Below are positions 24,356-38,725 of a stretch of DNA of 64,000 nt, in pieces. The stretch spans positions 930,001-994,000 of the forward strand of contig NW_027590143.1 in the NCBI RefSeq assembly GCF_964213995.1. Direction: 5' to 3'. The position numbers and the translations under genes are program-made. Under the pieces are notes generated by a model, which worked only from the letters and a program-made list of their open reading frames with translations, made no database searches and had not been told where the DNA came from. Source of the DNA: Mustelus asterias (taxonomy: Eukaryota). Within the stretch, counting starts at the first letter, position 1, and each line of letters begins with the position of its first letter.

Positions 24356-27300
24356 CATGATCTGTTTGAAAGTTGGAGCATTATTTTTGGCCAAATGGCC
24401 GACTCCTGCTCTTATGTCCCTTTGAGACTGAAATACTTTTGCACGTCGCAGACACTCACACAGGCAAGCATGGACGTACGGGCACACAGGCGTACACACA
24501 CAAACATACACACACACGCACAGATCGAGAGACAATCAGACTGAGAGACAGACATGCCCAGAAACAAACACAGAGACTGGAACACACCCAGAAACTTGAT
24601 GTGGAGACCAAATAAAATAGTTCAAACCTTGCTGATGGCACAGACATAATGGAGAGGAGGATGCAATGGGGGCTTCAAGGAGATTTGGACAGGCTGAGTG
24701 AATGCGCAAAGACATGGCAGATGGGATAAAAAGTAACTAAGTATGAAGTTATCCACTATGGTTGGGCGAAATAAAACAGAAATACAGAATATTACCTGCA
24801 TGATGCGAGGTTGAAAAGAGTTGACTTCTCGAGAGACCTGTTCATGAAAAGCTAGCATTCAGGTACAGCAAACAATGAGGAAGGCAAATGCTACGCTTGT
24901 GTGTCACAAAATATTAATGTGAGTGTGCGTGTGTTTGTGTGTTTCTGTGTGTGCTTTTGTATGGGTGGGTGCGTGTGTGAATGTGTGTGAATGTGCCATG
25001 ATCAGTTTGAATGTTCGATCAGTATTGATGGGCCAAATACCTGCTCCTATGTTGATTCGAGACTTGAATACATACACACGCCGCAGACAGTCACACAGGC
25101 AGGTATGGACATACAGGCGTACAAACAAACTCACGCACAAACACACACGCGCACACGCACGCACGCACAAATACACACACACAGATATATCTATACAGAA
25201 TGATATGCAGTATAGTTGTATTTATTAAGACAATATGATAGAATGTGATAGAATGCTTAATATGCTAGTTTGCAAATGACACAATATCCAGCATTGTAAG
25301 CAGCATAGCTGGAAGCATCAAATTGCAAAGAAATATTAATATTTTGTGAATGGATAAAACTAATGGATGTTTTCATTGCAGGGAAATGTAAGTTAACGCA
25401 CCTTAGAATTAAAAATCAATGAACCATGTTGGTTATAAATGTCCATATGCTAAGACTAAGGATTGATCAACAAATGTCTTTATTCAAAGTCTTTAGACAG
25501 GTGAAGAAGACAGAATACATAAACACTGAGAGACCGAAAATATATTCGGAGCTTAATATTCATGTTTGAATGTGAAGATCTGAGATCAGGATTGAAATAA
25601 AGAAGAGTCCGCAATCAGAACCGGCAACATTTTTGTTCTGGTTTTCATAAAATTAAAATTCAGCATTTAAAAATTCCTTGAACAGAGCAGGAGGAGAAGA
25701 AATTTTACTCTGTAAGCTGTATGTATGTTCAGAGTACCCGATTAACAGTGTAGATGATGTTTAACTCTAAAACGCTGGAATTTAGTTAAGGAGTGACTTA
25801 ATCATTCCCAAACGGAGAGGGTTGATAAACAGGAACATTTGCTGCTGGTTGGTGAGTCCAAGATTTAAGCAAATTAGATTTTAGACGATGTTTAATGTTT
25901 AAGACTTTCAGGAGCGAAATCAGGAAATATTTTTCAACTTAATACCTCACTTTCCTCCATTAAGACATTTTCTAAATCCAATCCTTCTTTGACGGAATCT
26001 AATATTGTGTGCAGTTTTGGTCTCCTTTCGAAGAAAAAAATAAACTTGCAATAGAAAGAATGCAGAAAAAGTACACCAGACTGATTTTTAGGATGGCAGG
26101 ATTGTCGTTTTCGGAGAGGCGACTGCATCTGTATTCACTTGGAGTTTAGAACATGAGAGGCGATGTCATTGAAATATACAGAATTTTAGCAGGGATGAGC
26201 AGACTGGATGCAGGGATGTTGTTTCCTTTGACGGGGTGGGGTCTAGAAAAAGGGATCAAAGTTTCAGTGTTCAGGGTTGGACATTTAAGTCTGAGATGAG
26301 GAAACATTTCTTCACTCAGAGGCTGGTGAAACTAATTCTCGACCACAGAAGTTTGTGGATGCGAAATCAGTGAATATATTTTAAAAGGAAATATATTACT
26401 GTACTCTAAAGGTGTCAAGAATTATGAGGTGAGGGATAGTATGGTGTTGAGTTACAGTTTCAGCCACGGTCGTGTCGAATGGCAGAGCAGGGTCTAAGTG
26501 TCGAATGGCCTACCCGTGCTCCTATTTTCTATCTTTCTCTATATTATATATGTCCATGAAGGAAAGTGCTGGATGATGGCACTGAATGTTAATTCTTTGA
26601 TAAAGATCACAAGACGAAATTAATCACAGTGATATCGGACTCTGTAACAAACTTTTGATTGAAACTATCACTAAACATTCTTCATGCAACATTGTGGGAT
26701 GGTTGCAGCGAAATGGCAATGTCATTAGATTAGCAGCACGGAGACCCAGACTAATTCCCCTGAAGAAATGGGTTCAATTCCCGCCCCAGCACTTGGAGTA
26801 ATTTCAAATAAATTGATCGAAGTGTAGCATCCAGTAAAAACTCCGGCAACTATCGACGATTGCCGTTAATAAAGCATTGTCGTTCATTGGTTGGTATCTT
26901 ATCTTTGCAGCAAAAAGCTTTGAATATGATCTCGGACAAAGGGCTAATTCAGAATTCATGCTTTTTGGGGTAATATATTCGCATGGATAGAGGGTTGGCT
27001 AATCGATAGGATACAGAGAGTTGGGATTAGAAGAGCATTTTGAGGATGACAATCTGTTACAAGTGGAGTGCCTCAGCGATTAATGCTCGGGTCACAATTA
27101 TTTACAATATACATAATGACTTGGATGTGGAAAGTGAATTTACTATTGCCAAGTTTGCGAATGAAAAAGGACTTCTGCCATGGGTTGTAAATGCCCATTT
27201 CGATCAACAATGTCCTTTGGAGAAGGAAATATGTTTTGGATCCAAGAAGCAATGTCGTGGAACCTGAAATTGCCCAGTGGGCAATTAGGATTTGATTTGA

Positions 27301-28362
27301 TTTGATTTAATGCCCACATCAAAGAAATAAAAATAAAATTATGATTTTTTGAGTCCAATGTGACACTACTGGAGCTACAAAGACTGGACACTGCAATTTT
27401 AGGACGAGCTGAGCTGGATATTCAGCTGCGCAAATTCATTATATCAGTGTAATGTTCTCAATTGCCTTCCCACATGATGCTGCCTCCCTGTCCATCATAG
27501 AGCTGGTAATGACATTAAATAAGCTTATCCTTACTGGTCACATGCTGAACCCAGTAAGTGAACCGACTGCTGAGTGTGGGTGTCTCACTGCAGTGATTAG
27601 TAAATGTGCAGGAACAATTTTCAAGACAGAAACTTCGCATTGCAGCAGCTGAGCCATATTTACCTCATGGAGGACAGAATAAAGACATTTAATTTGCACT
27701 TTTTCGGGAGCGCGTATACAAATTTCACACAAAGTCAAGCCAAGGATGCTCACATGTTTTTCGTGTGAGATTAAATGTCACTGATTTGCAAAGATTACAG
27801 GACGATATGGGCGAGCTGGTCAGACAGGTAGAACAGTAGCAAACGGAATTTAAACCTGAAAAGTGTGAGGTGGTGCATTTTGCGAGGGGTCACAAGGCAA
27901 GGGAATACACAATGAACTGTAGGACGCGAGAAAGTGCAGAGGACCAGAGGGACCTGGTCCTCTGGTCCTCTGCAAGTCCAAAGATTATTGATGCCATAGC
28001 ATATAAGGCTGCAACCAAGTCTTGAGAAATGCGATGGAATAGATAGGGGTTTAATGGCTGGAGCAGGCACAATGGGTCGCAGGGCCTCTTCCTGTTCTGT
28101 AAAACACAATGACGATGACTCCACTGTTCCCGAAGCAAAAGCGATGCGCCTAATGGTCTCCTCCATCGTTGTAGGAGTCTAATAATTTGCTGTTGTGAGA
28201 GGACATTTTAATTTTTCACTCCACCCCTCTCGCCCCCTGCTCTTCCCAATCAACTCAACAGCAGCTATTACAGGACAAAGATTCTTTACAGGTGTATTTG
28301 AATCGGACATTACTTTTTAAAACTATAACCAGACACAAAATGCAGAAAATAGTTTCACTTAC

Positions 28363-28422
28363 TGGGTTCTACAGTGAGTTTGGTTCCACTGCCAAAGATA
28401 AGCTTGGTGGTTGCATAGTTTG
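28363..28422 (-). CDS. TRDJ: TCR delta J segment (C-proximal), functional
   Basis: NYATTKLIFGSGTKLTVEP + A|gtaagt. 12-RSS: CACAGTG (28423-28429), 12 nt, ACAAAATCG (28442-28450). Confidence 0.95.
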
Positions 28423-29203
28423 CACAGTGATACCAGATGGTACAAAATCGACATAACCCACATGAAGAGCAATGTAAGGATTATTTTTCATGCTAAGGTT
28501 TTTAAGATTCGACTTGCTTCCACAGCCAGTTCATTATTACCAAGAAACAAATGCAAAATAATATCCGAGGAAGGATGTTCTTGCTATAGGGGGAGTGCAG
28601 CGAAGGTTCACTGGACAGTTTCTGGAGTGGCAATACTGACGTATGAGGGGAGATTGAGTCGGTTAGGATTTTATTGTCTGGGGTTCAGAAGAAGGGAGGC
28701 AGGAGGAGAAGATCTCATTAAAACCCATAGTGCAGGATTAGACAGGGTAGATTCAGGATGGCGGCAGGTTCCAGAACCAGGCTTCATAGTCTAAGGATAT
28801 GGGACTAACATGAGGAGAATTTCTTTTTCACCAAGAGAATGAAAAGCCTGTGTAATTCACAATTACAAAGGTTTAAACAGAACAATGATGCTTACCCATC
28901 TCCCCTCTTTCTTTTGGGTCAACTCTCTGGATGGAATCTTCCTATCCCGTTGACAGGACACAAATCAGCTTCTCAGTTCAACATCATATTACTGAGGCAG
29001 TTCCAGCTCCTATCCCATGTATCTCTAATGCCTGGCTAAGCTGAGCTGGATCAAAACTGACGCAAAACCGTGCAGTCTCTTCGCCTGCATGCCACATATT
29101 ATATTGGCACTCTGCCCAGCTTGACTAGACTACTTACAACAGACAACTAGATAACAGAGGAGATGTGGAACGAAAGAAAAAAACATACTGACTTCACACT
29201 CAC

Positions 29204-29259
29204 TTGGTATAACGGTCACCTGGGTGCCGCTGCCGAACGTTAATTTACTGTAGCCCAGT
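29204..29259 (-). CDS. TRDJ: TCR delta J segment with open frame but defective RSS heptamer
   Basis: LGYSKLTFGSGTQVTVIP + A|gtgagt. The heptamer position reads AACAATT (no CAC), with a nonamer-like TAAGAAACC at 29278-29286. Confidence 0.85.
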
Positions 29260-30269
29260 AACAATTGCTCAGACAGTTAAGAAACCTTCTCTTGAGATAG
29301 GTGTTTCAGATTTCAGATAATTTGCGGCAAAGACAAATCTGGAACAGCCACTAATTCGCTGCAGGTATCAGACATTGCATATCTTCCCCCTCCCCACCAT
29401 CAGAGACTAAATGGGCCGAATAGCCTCCTTGGATGCTCTAAGATTCTATTAACGTGAAGAATTTCTGAGCCAAGATAGTCACTGGTCAAATGTAGCCCTC
29501 CACGCCCTTCCCCAGCAACAAATATATTTTGCCTCTGAGCCTAGGTTAGGAAACATATGAACAAGGGGAGGCTCTTCAGCCCTCAGTGCCTGCTCTGCCA
29601 ATCTCCGAAATGGCTTAACTGGTCGGCCAATGAGAGAGTTGCAGCATGGCCTTGCCAGCGACGCCTCAACCTCTGGCAGAAAAGAAATACAATTCAAGGG
29701 ATAGTATTTCATTTATTAGCTAAGCTTTCTCTTCTTGCAAATGCAGCCTGACCTGCTGGGGTTTTTCCCAGCATTACCTGTTCCTATTGTCATAGTCCTG
29801 TTAGATTTCAAAGAGGTAAACAGACATGTTGAGCATGAAAGTTGCGTTTACGTTTAGTTGAATCTGCTGTTACTCAGGCTCATTTTCCAAAAGGGAGATA
29901 TTTTTCATTAATTTGTGGGGCATGGGCATCGTTGGCTGGCCAGCATTTATTGCCCATCCCCAATTGCCCTTGGAAGGCAATTGAGAGTTAACCAAATTGC
30001 ACATGTCGGCCAGATCAGATAAGGACGGAAGATTTTCTTCTCTAAAGGACATTACTGAACCAGATAGGTGTTTCCGACAATCGACAATGGTTTTCATCGT
30101 CAACAGTAGATTCTTAATTCCAGATTTTTGAATTTAAATTCCACCATCTGTGTGGCAGAATTCGAACGTGGGTCCCCAGAACATTAGTTAAATTCCTGGA
30201 TTAATAATCTAGCGATATTGCCACTAGGCCATCACCTCCCCCCAGTTTCACCTCCCCCCCAGGAAATTA

Positions 30270-31524
30270 ACACAATGGTGGGAAACTATATTAGCTCTGA
30301 TAATGTGTATGGGTAGAGTTGAGAGATACCAAGGGGCAGAAAACATCAGATGGGTGTCATATATAGACGCCGAAACTGCAGTGGTGATGTTGGAAATGGC
30401 ATTAAACACGAAATTAGAGATGCATGTGATGAGTGAATATCGGTGATCATGGGTGATTTTAATCTGCACATTGATTGGACAAATCAAATTAGCCACAATG
30501 CCGTCGAGGAGGAATTCCTGAGTGGATACGGGATGGCTTCCTTCACCAATATGTGAAGGAACCAACGAGGGAGCAGGCCATCTTAGACTGGGTATTGTGG
30601 AGTGAGAAGGGAATAATTGCCAATCTAGTTGTGCGAGACACCTTGGGGATGAGCGACCATAACATGAGAGAATGTTTTATCAAGATGGAGAGTGAAGTAG
30701 TTGATTCGGAGACGACAGTGCTGAATCTTAATAAACGAGACAATGAATATATGAGGCGTGATTTGGCCTTCATAGATTGGGGAGACTTACTTACAGGGAT
30801 GACAATGGATAGGCAACGGCAAACATTCAAAAAGCGCATGGGGGAACTGCAGCAATTGTTTATCCCTATCTGGCACAAAAGCAAAATGGGTAAGAGGGCC
30901 AATCCAGGCTTACAAAGGAAATTAGAGATAGTATCCGATCCAAGGAAGAAGCATACAGATTGGCCAAAACCAATAATAGGTCTGAGGATTGGGAGCAGTT
31001 TAGAATTCAGCAAAGAAGTACGAAGGGATTGATTAACAAGAGGAAAATACAGCCTGAAGTTAAGCTTGCAGGGAACATAAAGGCTGATACTAAGAGTTTC
31101 ATAATGTAGAACCTTACAGACAGAGATAGGGGAATGTATATTAGGGGACGAAGAAATGGCTGACTAGCTGAAATACATACTTTAGTTCTGTCTTCACAAA
31201 TGAGGACACAAATCAAATACCATAAATGTTGGAGAATGCAAGATTGAGTGAGAGGGAAGAACTGAGGGAGATCAACATCAGTAGAGAAATGTTGCTGGGA
31301 ACATTGATGTAATTGAAGGCGGATAAATCCGCAGGGCCTGATAATCTACATCCCAGAGTACTAAAGGAAGTGGCTCTAGAAATAATGGATGCATTGGTGG
31401 TCATCTTACAGGATTCTATAGACTCTGGAATAGTCCCTGCAGATTGGAGGGTAGCTAATGTCACTCCAATATTCAAAAAGAGTGGCAGAGTGAAAACAGG
31501 GAATCATAGACCAATAAGCCTAAT
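30270..31524 (+). mobile_element. Older CR1 LINE, 5' part (resumes 33230-34600)
   Basis: Endonuclease (GDFN, MSDHN) through DKSAGPD...HRPISL, broken by a minus-strand CR1. Confidence 0.8.
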
Positions 31525-33229
31525 AAGAACATAAGAACATAAGAACTAGGAGCAGGAATAGGCCGTCTGGCCCCTCGAGCTCGTTCCTCCATTCAATAAG
31601 ATCATGGCTGATCTTTTCATGGACTGAGCTCCACTTACCCGCCCACTCACCCTTAATTCTTTACTGTTGAAAAATGTATCTATCCTTGCCTTAAAAACAT
31701 TCATTGAGGTAGCCTCAACTGCTTCACTGGGCAGGGAATTCCACACATTCCCAACCCTTTGTGTGAAGAAGTTCCTCCTCAATTCAGTCTTAAATTTGCT
31801 TCACCTTATTTTGAGGCTATGCCCCCTAGTTCTAGTTTCACCCACCACTGGAAACACCTTCCCTGCTTTTATCTTATCTATTCCCTTCATAATCTTATAT
31901 GCTTCTATAATATCCTCCCTCATTCTTCTGAATTCCAGTGAGTATAGCCCCAGTCTACTCAGTCTCTCGTCATAAGCCAACCCTCTCAACTCCGGAACCA
32001 ACCTAGTGAATTTCCTCTGCACCCCCTCCAGTGCCAGTATATTCTTTCTCAGGTAAGGAGACCAAAACTGTAGACAGTACTCTAGCTGTGGCCTCGCCAG
32101 CACCTTATACGCTGCAACATAATTTCGCCATTTTTAAACTCCATCCCTCTCGCAATGAAGGACAAAATTCCATTTGCCTTCTCAATTACCTGCTGCCCCT
32201 GTAACCCAACTCCTTGAGATTCCTGCACAAGGACACCCAGGTCCCTCTGCACAACAACATGCTGCAAAGTTTTACCATTTAAATAATAGTCCATTTTGCT
32301 GTTATTCCTACCAAAATGGATGACTTTACACTTACCAACATTGTACTCCATCTGCCAGACACTCGCCCACTCACTCAGATTATCTATATCCCTTTGCAGA
32401 CTTTCAGCATCCTCTGCACACTTTGCTCTTCCACCCATCTTAGTGTCATCTTCGAATTTTGACACACTACACTTGGTCCTCAACTCCAAATCATTGATGT
32501 AAATCATAAACAATTGCGGTCCCAACACTGATCCCTGAGGCACACCAATAGTCACTGATCGCCAACCAGAAAAACACCCTTTTACGCCCACTCTTTGCCT
32601 TCTGTTAGTTAACCAATCCTCTATCCATCCTAATACATTACCCGTAACACTGTGCACCTTTATCTTTTGTAGCAGTCTTTCGTGCGGCACCTTGTCAAAT
32701 GCCTTCTGGAAATCCAGATACACCACATCCACAGGTTCCCCGTTGTCCACTGCACATGCAATGTTCTCAAAGAATTCCACCAAATTAGTCAAACATGACC
32801 TGCTCTTCATGAACCCATGGTGCGTCTTACCAATGGGACAATCCATATCCAGAGGTCTCGCTATTTCTTCCTTGATGATAGATTCAAGCATTTTCCCTAC
32901 TACAGAAGTTAAGCTAACCGGCCTATAGTTACCTGCCTTTTGTCTACCTTCTTTTTAAAACAGTGGCGACACATTTGCTGTTTTTCAATCTGCGGGAACC
33001 ACCCCAGAGTCCAGCGAATTTTGGTAAATTATCACTAGTGCATTTGCTATTTCTCCTGCCACCTCTTTTAGTACCCTGGGATGCATTCTACCAGGATCCG
33101 GAGACTTGTCTACCTTTAGCCCCAATAACTTGCCCATCACTACCTCTTTCGTGATAATGATAGTTTCTCGGTTCTCACCGGCCATAGCCTTCCTGTCATC
33201 AATTTTTGGCATGTTGTTTGTGTCTTCTA
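31525..33229 (-). mobile_element. CR1 LINE nested in an older CR1
   Basis: ORFs 32985-33212, 32082-32891 and 31801-32103 with RT motifs. (TTCTTATG)n tail at ~31523-31546. Confidence 0.9.
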
Positions 33230-34602
33230 ATATCGGTACTGGGGAAAATTCTCGAATCCGTTATCAAGTACTTATAGCGGAGTATTTTGAAAGCTGTGGC
33301 AGGATCATACAGATTCAGCACGGATTTATGAAGGGGAAATCATGCTTGACAAATCTGTTGGAATTCTTTGAAGATGTAACGAGTGTGAGCCAGTTGATGT
33401 GGTATATTTGGACGTTCAGAAATCGTTTGACAAAGTCCCGCACAAGAGATTGTTGTTCAAGATTAAAGTGCATGGGATTGAGGGAAGTGTATTGAGAAGG
33501 ACAGAAAACTGGTTGGCAGAAAGGAAACAAGGAGTAGGAATTATTAGGTCATTTTCAAATTGGCAGGCTGTAACTCGTGGAGTGCCACAGGGATCGGTGC
33601 TGGGGCCCCAGCTATTCATAATATGTATTAATGATTTGGACGAGGGAGCAAAATGTAACATCTCAAAATTTACAGATGATACCAAGTTGGGTGGGAGGGT
33701 GAACTGTGACGAGGCTGCAGAGACCCTTCAACCAGATCTGGACAGGTTGTGCAAGTGGGCAAAACAATGGCAGATGCAGTATAATTTAGATAAATGTGCG
33801 GTTAGTCATTTTGGAAGCAAAAACAAGAAGGCAGATTGCTACCTAAATGGCTGTGAATTGGGAGAGGAGAATACATCGGGACCGAGGTGTCCTTGTTCAA
33901 CAGACGCTGAAGGTAAGCATGCAGGTGCAGCAGGCAGTAAAGATGGCAAATGGTATGTTGGCCTTCATTGCGAGAGGTTTTGAGTACAGGAGCAGGGATG
34001 TGTTGTTGCAATTATACAGGGACTTGGTAAGGCCGCACCTGGAATATTGTGTGCAGTTTTGATCTCCTTTTCTGAGGAAGGATGTTCTTGCTCCCGAGGA
34101 AGTGCAGCGAAGCTTTACCAGGCTGATCCCGGGGATAGCGCGGCTGATGTATGGGGAGAGATTGACTAGGTTAGGATTGTTTTCGCTGGAGTTCAGACGA
34201 ATGAGGGGGGATCTCATAGAGACTTCCAAAGCTCTAACAGGACTTGACAGGTAGATGCAGGGAGGATGTTCCCGATGGTGGGAGTCCAGAACCAGGGGTC
34301 ATAGTCTGAGGATTTGGGATAGACCATTTCGGACGGTAGTGAGGAGACATTTCTTCATCCAAAGAGTGGTGAGCCTGTGGAATTCATTACCACAAGAAGT
34401 AGTAGATGCCGAAACATTGAATGTATTCGAAAGGTGGCAAGATATTGCACTTGGGGCGAATGGGATCAAAGATTTTGGGGAGGAAGCAGGATTAAGCTAC
34501 TGAGTTGGACGATCAGCCATGATCGTAATGAATGGCGGAGCAGGCTCGAAGGGCCGAATGGCCTCCTCCTGCTACGATCTTCCATGTTTCTATGTTTCTA
34601 TG
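33230..34602 (+). mobile_element. Older CR1 LINE, 3' part
   Basis: QHGFMKGKSCLTNL, GVPQGSVLGP, KFTDD and a TTTCTATG tail. Confidence 0.85.
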
Positions 34603-34855
34603 AGGCACCCATCAATGCATGTCATATTGTTGAGGCCCAAAGATTGGTCTGTCACCTACAGCATGTCTAAATAAGCATTGAGACCTGAGTTAGCTGTCTC
34701 CCTATCTTTTTGAAGCTCATCTTACAGACAAAATGCCTTCACTTATGTTCCATGTGATACTTTGGATCGTTGCTGACTTGCTATTTGTCAGACACCATAA
34801 AGCGAAAAAATAATCTGCATGAAACAAAATGAATGTAACTTCCAATCGTACTCAC

Positions 34856-34916
34856 TTGGCACAACAGTCAACTGGGTGCCGCTGCCAAATGTGAGCTTCA
34901 CGGTATCATCATAATG
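34856..34916 (-). CDS. TRDJ: TCR delta J segment, functional
   Basis: HYDDTVKLTFGSGTQLTVVP + A|gtgagt. 12-RSS: CACAGTG (34917-34923), 12 nt, ACATAAACC (34936-34944). Confidence 0.95.
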
Positions 34917-35119
34917 CACAGTGCAAAGGGCACAGACATAAACCTTCCATTGGAGTGAAGATGCAGATGTCATTTAATACATGATAAAGCATACTCACTA
35001 ATTCGGGGGCAGGGCAATATACAAAGTTTACATTGGGAAGAGCCCTTGAGATCCTTGAATGAAACTTCAGCCATTACAAATTCTAACCGGATCCAAACTG
35101 AAGATTTTAAATGTCTTAT

Positions 35120-35178
35120 TGGGTCGGATAGTGAATGTGTTGCTCTGCCAAATATAAGTTTTAAAGTTCTGGTGCTAG
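35120..35178 (-). pseudogene. TCR delta J pseudogene
   Basis: STRTLKLIFGRATHSLSDP: FGxG lost, 3' part out of frame, donor mutated to ataaga. RSS CACATCT-12-ACAAAAAAT (35179-35206). Confidence 0.8.
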
Positions 35179-35504
35179 CACATCTGCACACAATGCGACA
35201 AAAAATTAAACCGAACCAGATGAGCCGAAATATAAGACTTATTTATATTTTATTTCTCCTGACTTTGAGTTTTGAGTTCAATTTCAGATTCTGCTGACAT
35301 CAATAGCCAGGACAGGAGAGATCTTGACAGAAACATATTTCCCCACATCCACCAATTTAAATGCAATTCCTTCTTCTAGCCTGTTAGCTCCATATGACAT
35401 ATATTTCTATCCACTTTACAAATGTGAATTTTATTCGCAGTAAATAATGTTCAAATTTTCTGCGTCCGCAGTGCTTCATCGTTACATTTTGCGAGGGTGC
35501 TTAT

Positions 35505-35564
35505 TGGGTTCCACAGTGACTTTTGTTCCAGTGCCAAGGATCAGCCTGTCATCAGTGGGGGTGA
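35505..35564 (-). pseudogene. TCR delta J pseudogene
   Basis: TPTDDRLILGTGTKVTVEP (F to L), donor mutated to ataagc. Weak RSS CACTGTC-12-AAACATATC. Confidence 0.82.
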
Positions 35565-36186
35565 CACTGTCGTTGCAGATGCTAAACATATCTGTTACTC
35601 TCGTGGGAACAGTAATGCCAGAAGTCTTTATTGTCTTGCTTGGTGTTTTGACTATAGATTCGGATTCAAGTTGCAGGAGGAAAATGCAACTGCACTTCTC
35701 CCCGAAACCATCTCCCAACTAACTCCAATTATATTTGATTTTCTCTATTTCACAAAAGTACAACACATAGTTAGAAGTTTAACGTTCCTTCCATGCAGGA
35801 TTTCATTAACTTCGCTGTATTCTCCTGTCATGTTAGTCCTCCCAAAATGTGTTATCTCACACTTTTCAGAGTTAAATTTCAATTTTCCACTGCTCTGCCC
35901 ATTTGACCATTGCTCTGCCCATTTTCCCTCCGTATCATACTATAATGTAAGGCTTTCCTCCTCTCCATTTACCACACCACCACTTTTTCTGTCGTCTGCG
36001 AATTTACTGATTATATCCCCTGGATTTCTGTCTCTCTACTTAGCTACCTAATGATATGTTGATCAATTTCACAATTTATTATTACATGAAATTAATTAAT
36101 TATTTTCGCTCTTTGTTACCATTTGCCAGACACGGGTTTAGCAGAAAAGTCCATCGATGGATAAAGACAAATCAGCTGGCACTTAG

Positions 36187-36252
36187 TTGGCACAACAGTC
36201 AATTGGATTCCGCTGCCAAAAGTGAGTTTCTAACTACCGTCATGGTAATAAG
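36187..36252 (-). pseudogene. TCR delta J pseudogene
   Basis: YYHDGS*KLTFGSGIQLTVVP with an in-frame TAG and donor mutated to ctaagt. Heptamer CACCGTG at 36253-36259. Confidence 0.85.
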
Positions 36253-36449
36253 CACCGTGACACATTGCCAGCAGAAAGCGACCAATGCATAAGGTCATTC
36301 AGTTTCTGGCTAATACACATAGCAAGGAAACTGGAAGATTAACTAGTTGCCTTGAAAGCTGTTATGGTGTGCGAAGAGTTCATCTTAAAATTTATTTACG
36401 CCAAAAGAGGAACAATGGATCTTATACGATTCTATAACACAAAGGACAT

Positions 36450-38305
36450 ACAAAGAACAAAGAACAGTACAGCACAGGAAACAGGCCCTTCGGCCCTCCA
36501 AGCCTGTGCCGCTCCTTGGTCCAACTAGACCAATCGTTTGTATCCCTCCATTCCCAGGCTGCTCATGTGACTATCCAGGTAAGTCTTAAACGACGTCAGC
36601 GTGCTTGCCTCCACCACCCTACTTGGCAGCGCATTCCAGGCCCCCACCACCGTCTGTGTAAAAACCATCCCTCTAATATCTGAGTTATACTTCGCCCCTC
36701 TCACCTTGAGCCCGTGACCCCTCGTGAACGTCACTTCTGACCTGGGAAAAAGCTTCCCACCGTTCACCCTATCTATCCCCTTCATAATCTTGTACACCTC
36801 TATTAGATCTCCCCTCATTCTCCGTCTTTCCAGGGAGAACAACCCCAGTTTACCCAATCTCTCCCCATAGCTTAGACCCTCCATACCAGGCAACATCCTG
36901 GTAAACCTTCTCTGCACTCTCTCTAACACCTCCACGTCCTTCTGGTAGTGTGGCGACCAGAACTGGACGCAGTACTCCAAATGTGGCCTAACCAGCGTTC
37001 TATACAGCTGCATCATCAGACTCCAGCTTTTATACTCTATACCCCGTCCTATAAAGGCAAGCATACCATATGCCTTCTTCACCACCTTCTCCACCTGTGT
37101 TGCCACCTTCAAGGATTTGTGGACTTGCACATCTAGGTCCCTCTGTGTTTCTATACTCCTGATGACTCTGCCATTTATTGTATATCTCCACCCTACATTA
37201 TTTCTTCCAAAATGCATCACTTCGCATTTATCCGGATTAAACTCCATCTGCCACCTCTCCGCCCAATTTTCCAGCCTATCTATATCCTGCTGTATTGCCC
37301 GACAATGCTCTTCGCTATCCGCAAGTCCAGCCATCTTTGTGTCATCCGCAAACTTGCTGATAACACCAGTTACACCTTCTTCCAAATCATTTATATATAT
37401 CACAAATAGCAGAGGTCCCAGTACAGAGCCCTGCGGAACACCACTGGTCACAGACCTCCAGCCGGAAAATGACCCTTCGACCACTACCCTCTGTCTCCTA
37501 TGGCCAAGCCAGTTCTCCACCCATCTAGCCACTTCTCCTTGTATCCCATGAGCCTTAACCTTCTTAACCAACCTGCCATGTGGGACTTTGTCAAATGCCT
37601 TACTGAAATCCATATAGACGACATCCACGGCCCTTCCTTCATCAACCGTTTTTGTCACTTCCTCAAAAAACTCCACCAAATTTGTAAGGCACGACCTCCC
37701 TCTTACAAAACCATGCTGTCTGTCACTAATGAAATTGTTCCGTTCTAAATGTACATACATCCTGTCTCTAAGAATCCTCTCTAACAACTTCCCTACCACG
37801 GACGTCAAGCTCACCAACCTATAATTTCCTGGGTTATCCCTGCTACCCTTCTTAAACAACGGGACCACATTCGCTATCCTCCAATCCTCAGGGACCTCAC
37901 CCGTGTCCAAAGAAGCGACAAAGATTTCCGTCAGAGGCCCAGCAATTTCATCTCTTGTCTCCCTGAGCAGTCGCGGATAGATGCCATCAGGCCCTGGGGC
38001 TTTGTTAGTTTTAATGTTCCGTAAAAAATCTAACACTTCCTCTCTTGTAATGGAGATTTTCTCTTGCGGGTCAACACCTCCCTCCAAGACACTCCCAGTT
38101 AACACGCCCCTCTTCTTCGTGAATACCGATGCAAAGTATTCATTTAGGATCTCCCCTATTCCCATGTGTTCTAAGCATAATTCCCCTCCTTTGTCCCTGA
38201 GATGACCGATTTTCTCCCTGACAACTCTTTTGTTCCTAACGTATGAATAGAATGCCTTAGGATTCTCCTTAATCCTGCCTGCCAAGAACATCTCGTGACT
38301 TCTAA
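36450..38305 (-). mobile_element. Young 5'-truncated CR1 LINE with open RT frame (ORF 36525-38333)
   Basis: Uninterrupted RT region with KFADD and a (TTCTTTG)n tail at ~36450-36465. Confidence 0.95.
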
Positions 38306-38725
38306 TTCCCTTACTGCACCCAATGGTGCACAAAGGCAGAATTGATCTGTTTTCAGAGCTAGTTATTTCTGGAGCAGGTCACTATACTGTTGCCAGGGGC
38401 TTAGAGATCGAGGAAGCCACGCTCCATATCAAACGTGGCTGAGCAGGAATCTCTCCCACTCTTACCACCAGTGCCTCACCTTCCTTGGCCATCAAGTACA
38501 TTGATTAGGACTCGAACCCGGCTTTTCTGGCTCAGGGGCAGGGACTTTCACACATACGGCACAGGACCTCTCCCCGTTATTAATGGCCATTATATTACCT
38601 CTCATCCCCAAAAGTAGATACCGATTGAAACAAAAAACATGATTTGGTGATATATATTCGAAGTGTAATTTTCAATTGTCCCCCTACTGTAAATAGGTCA
38701 TGGTGGAAAATAGTTGAGGACTTAC

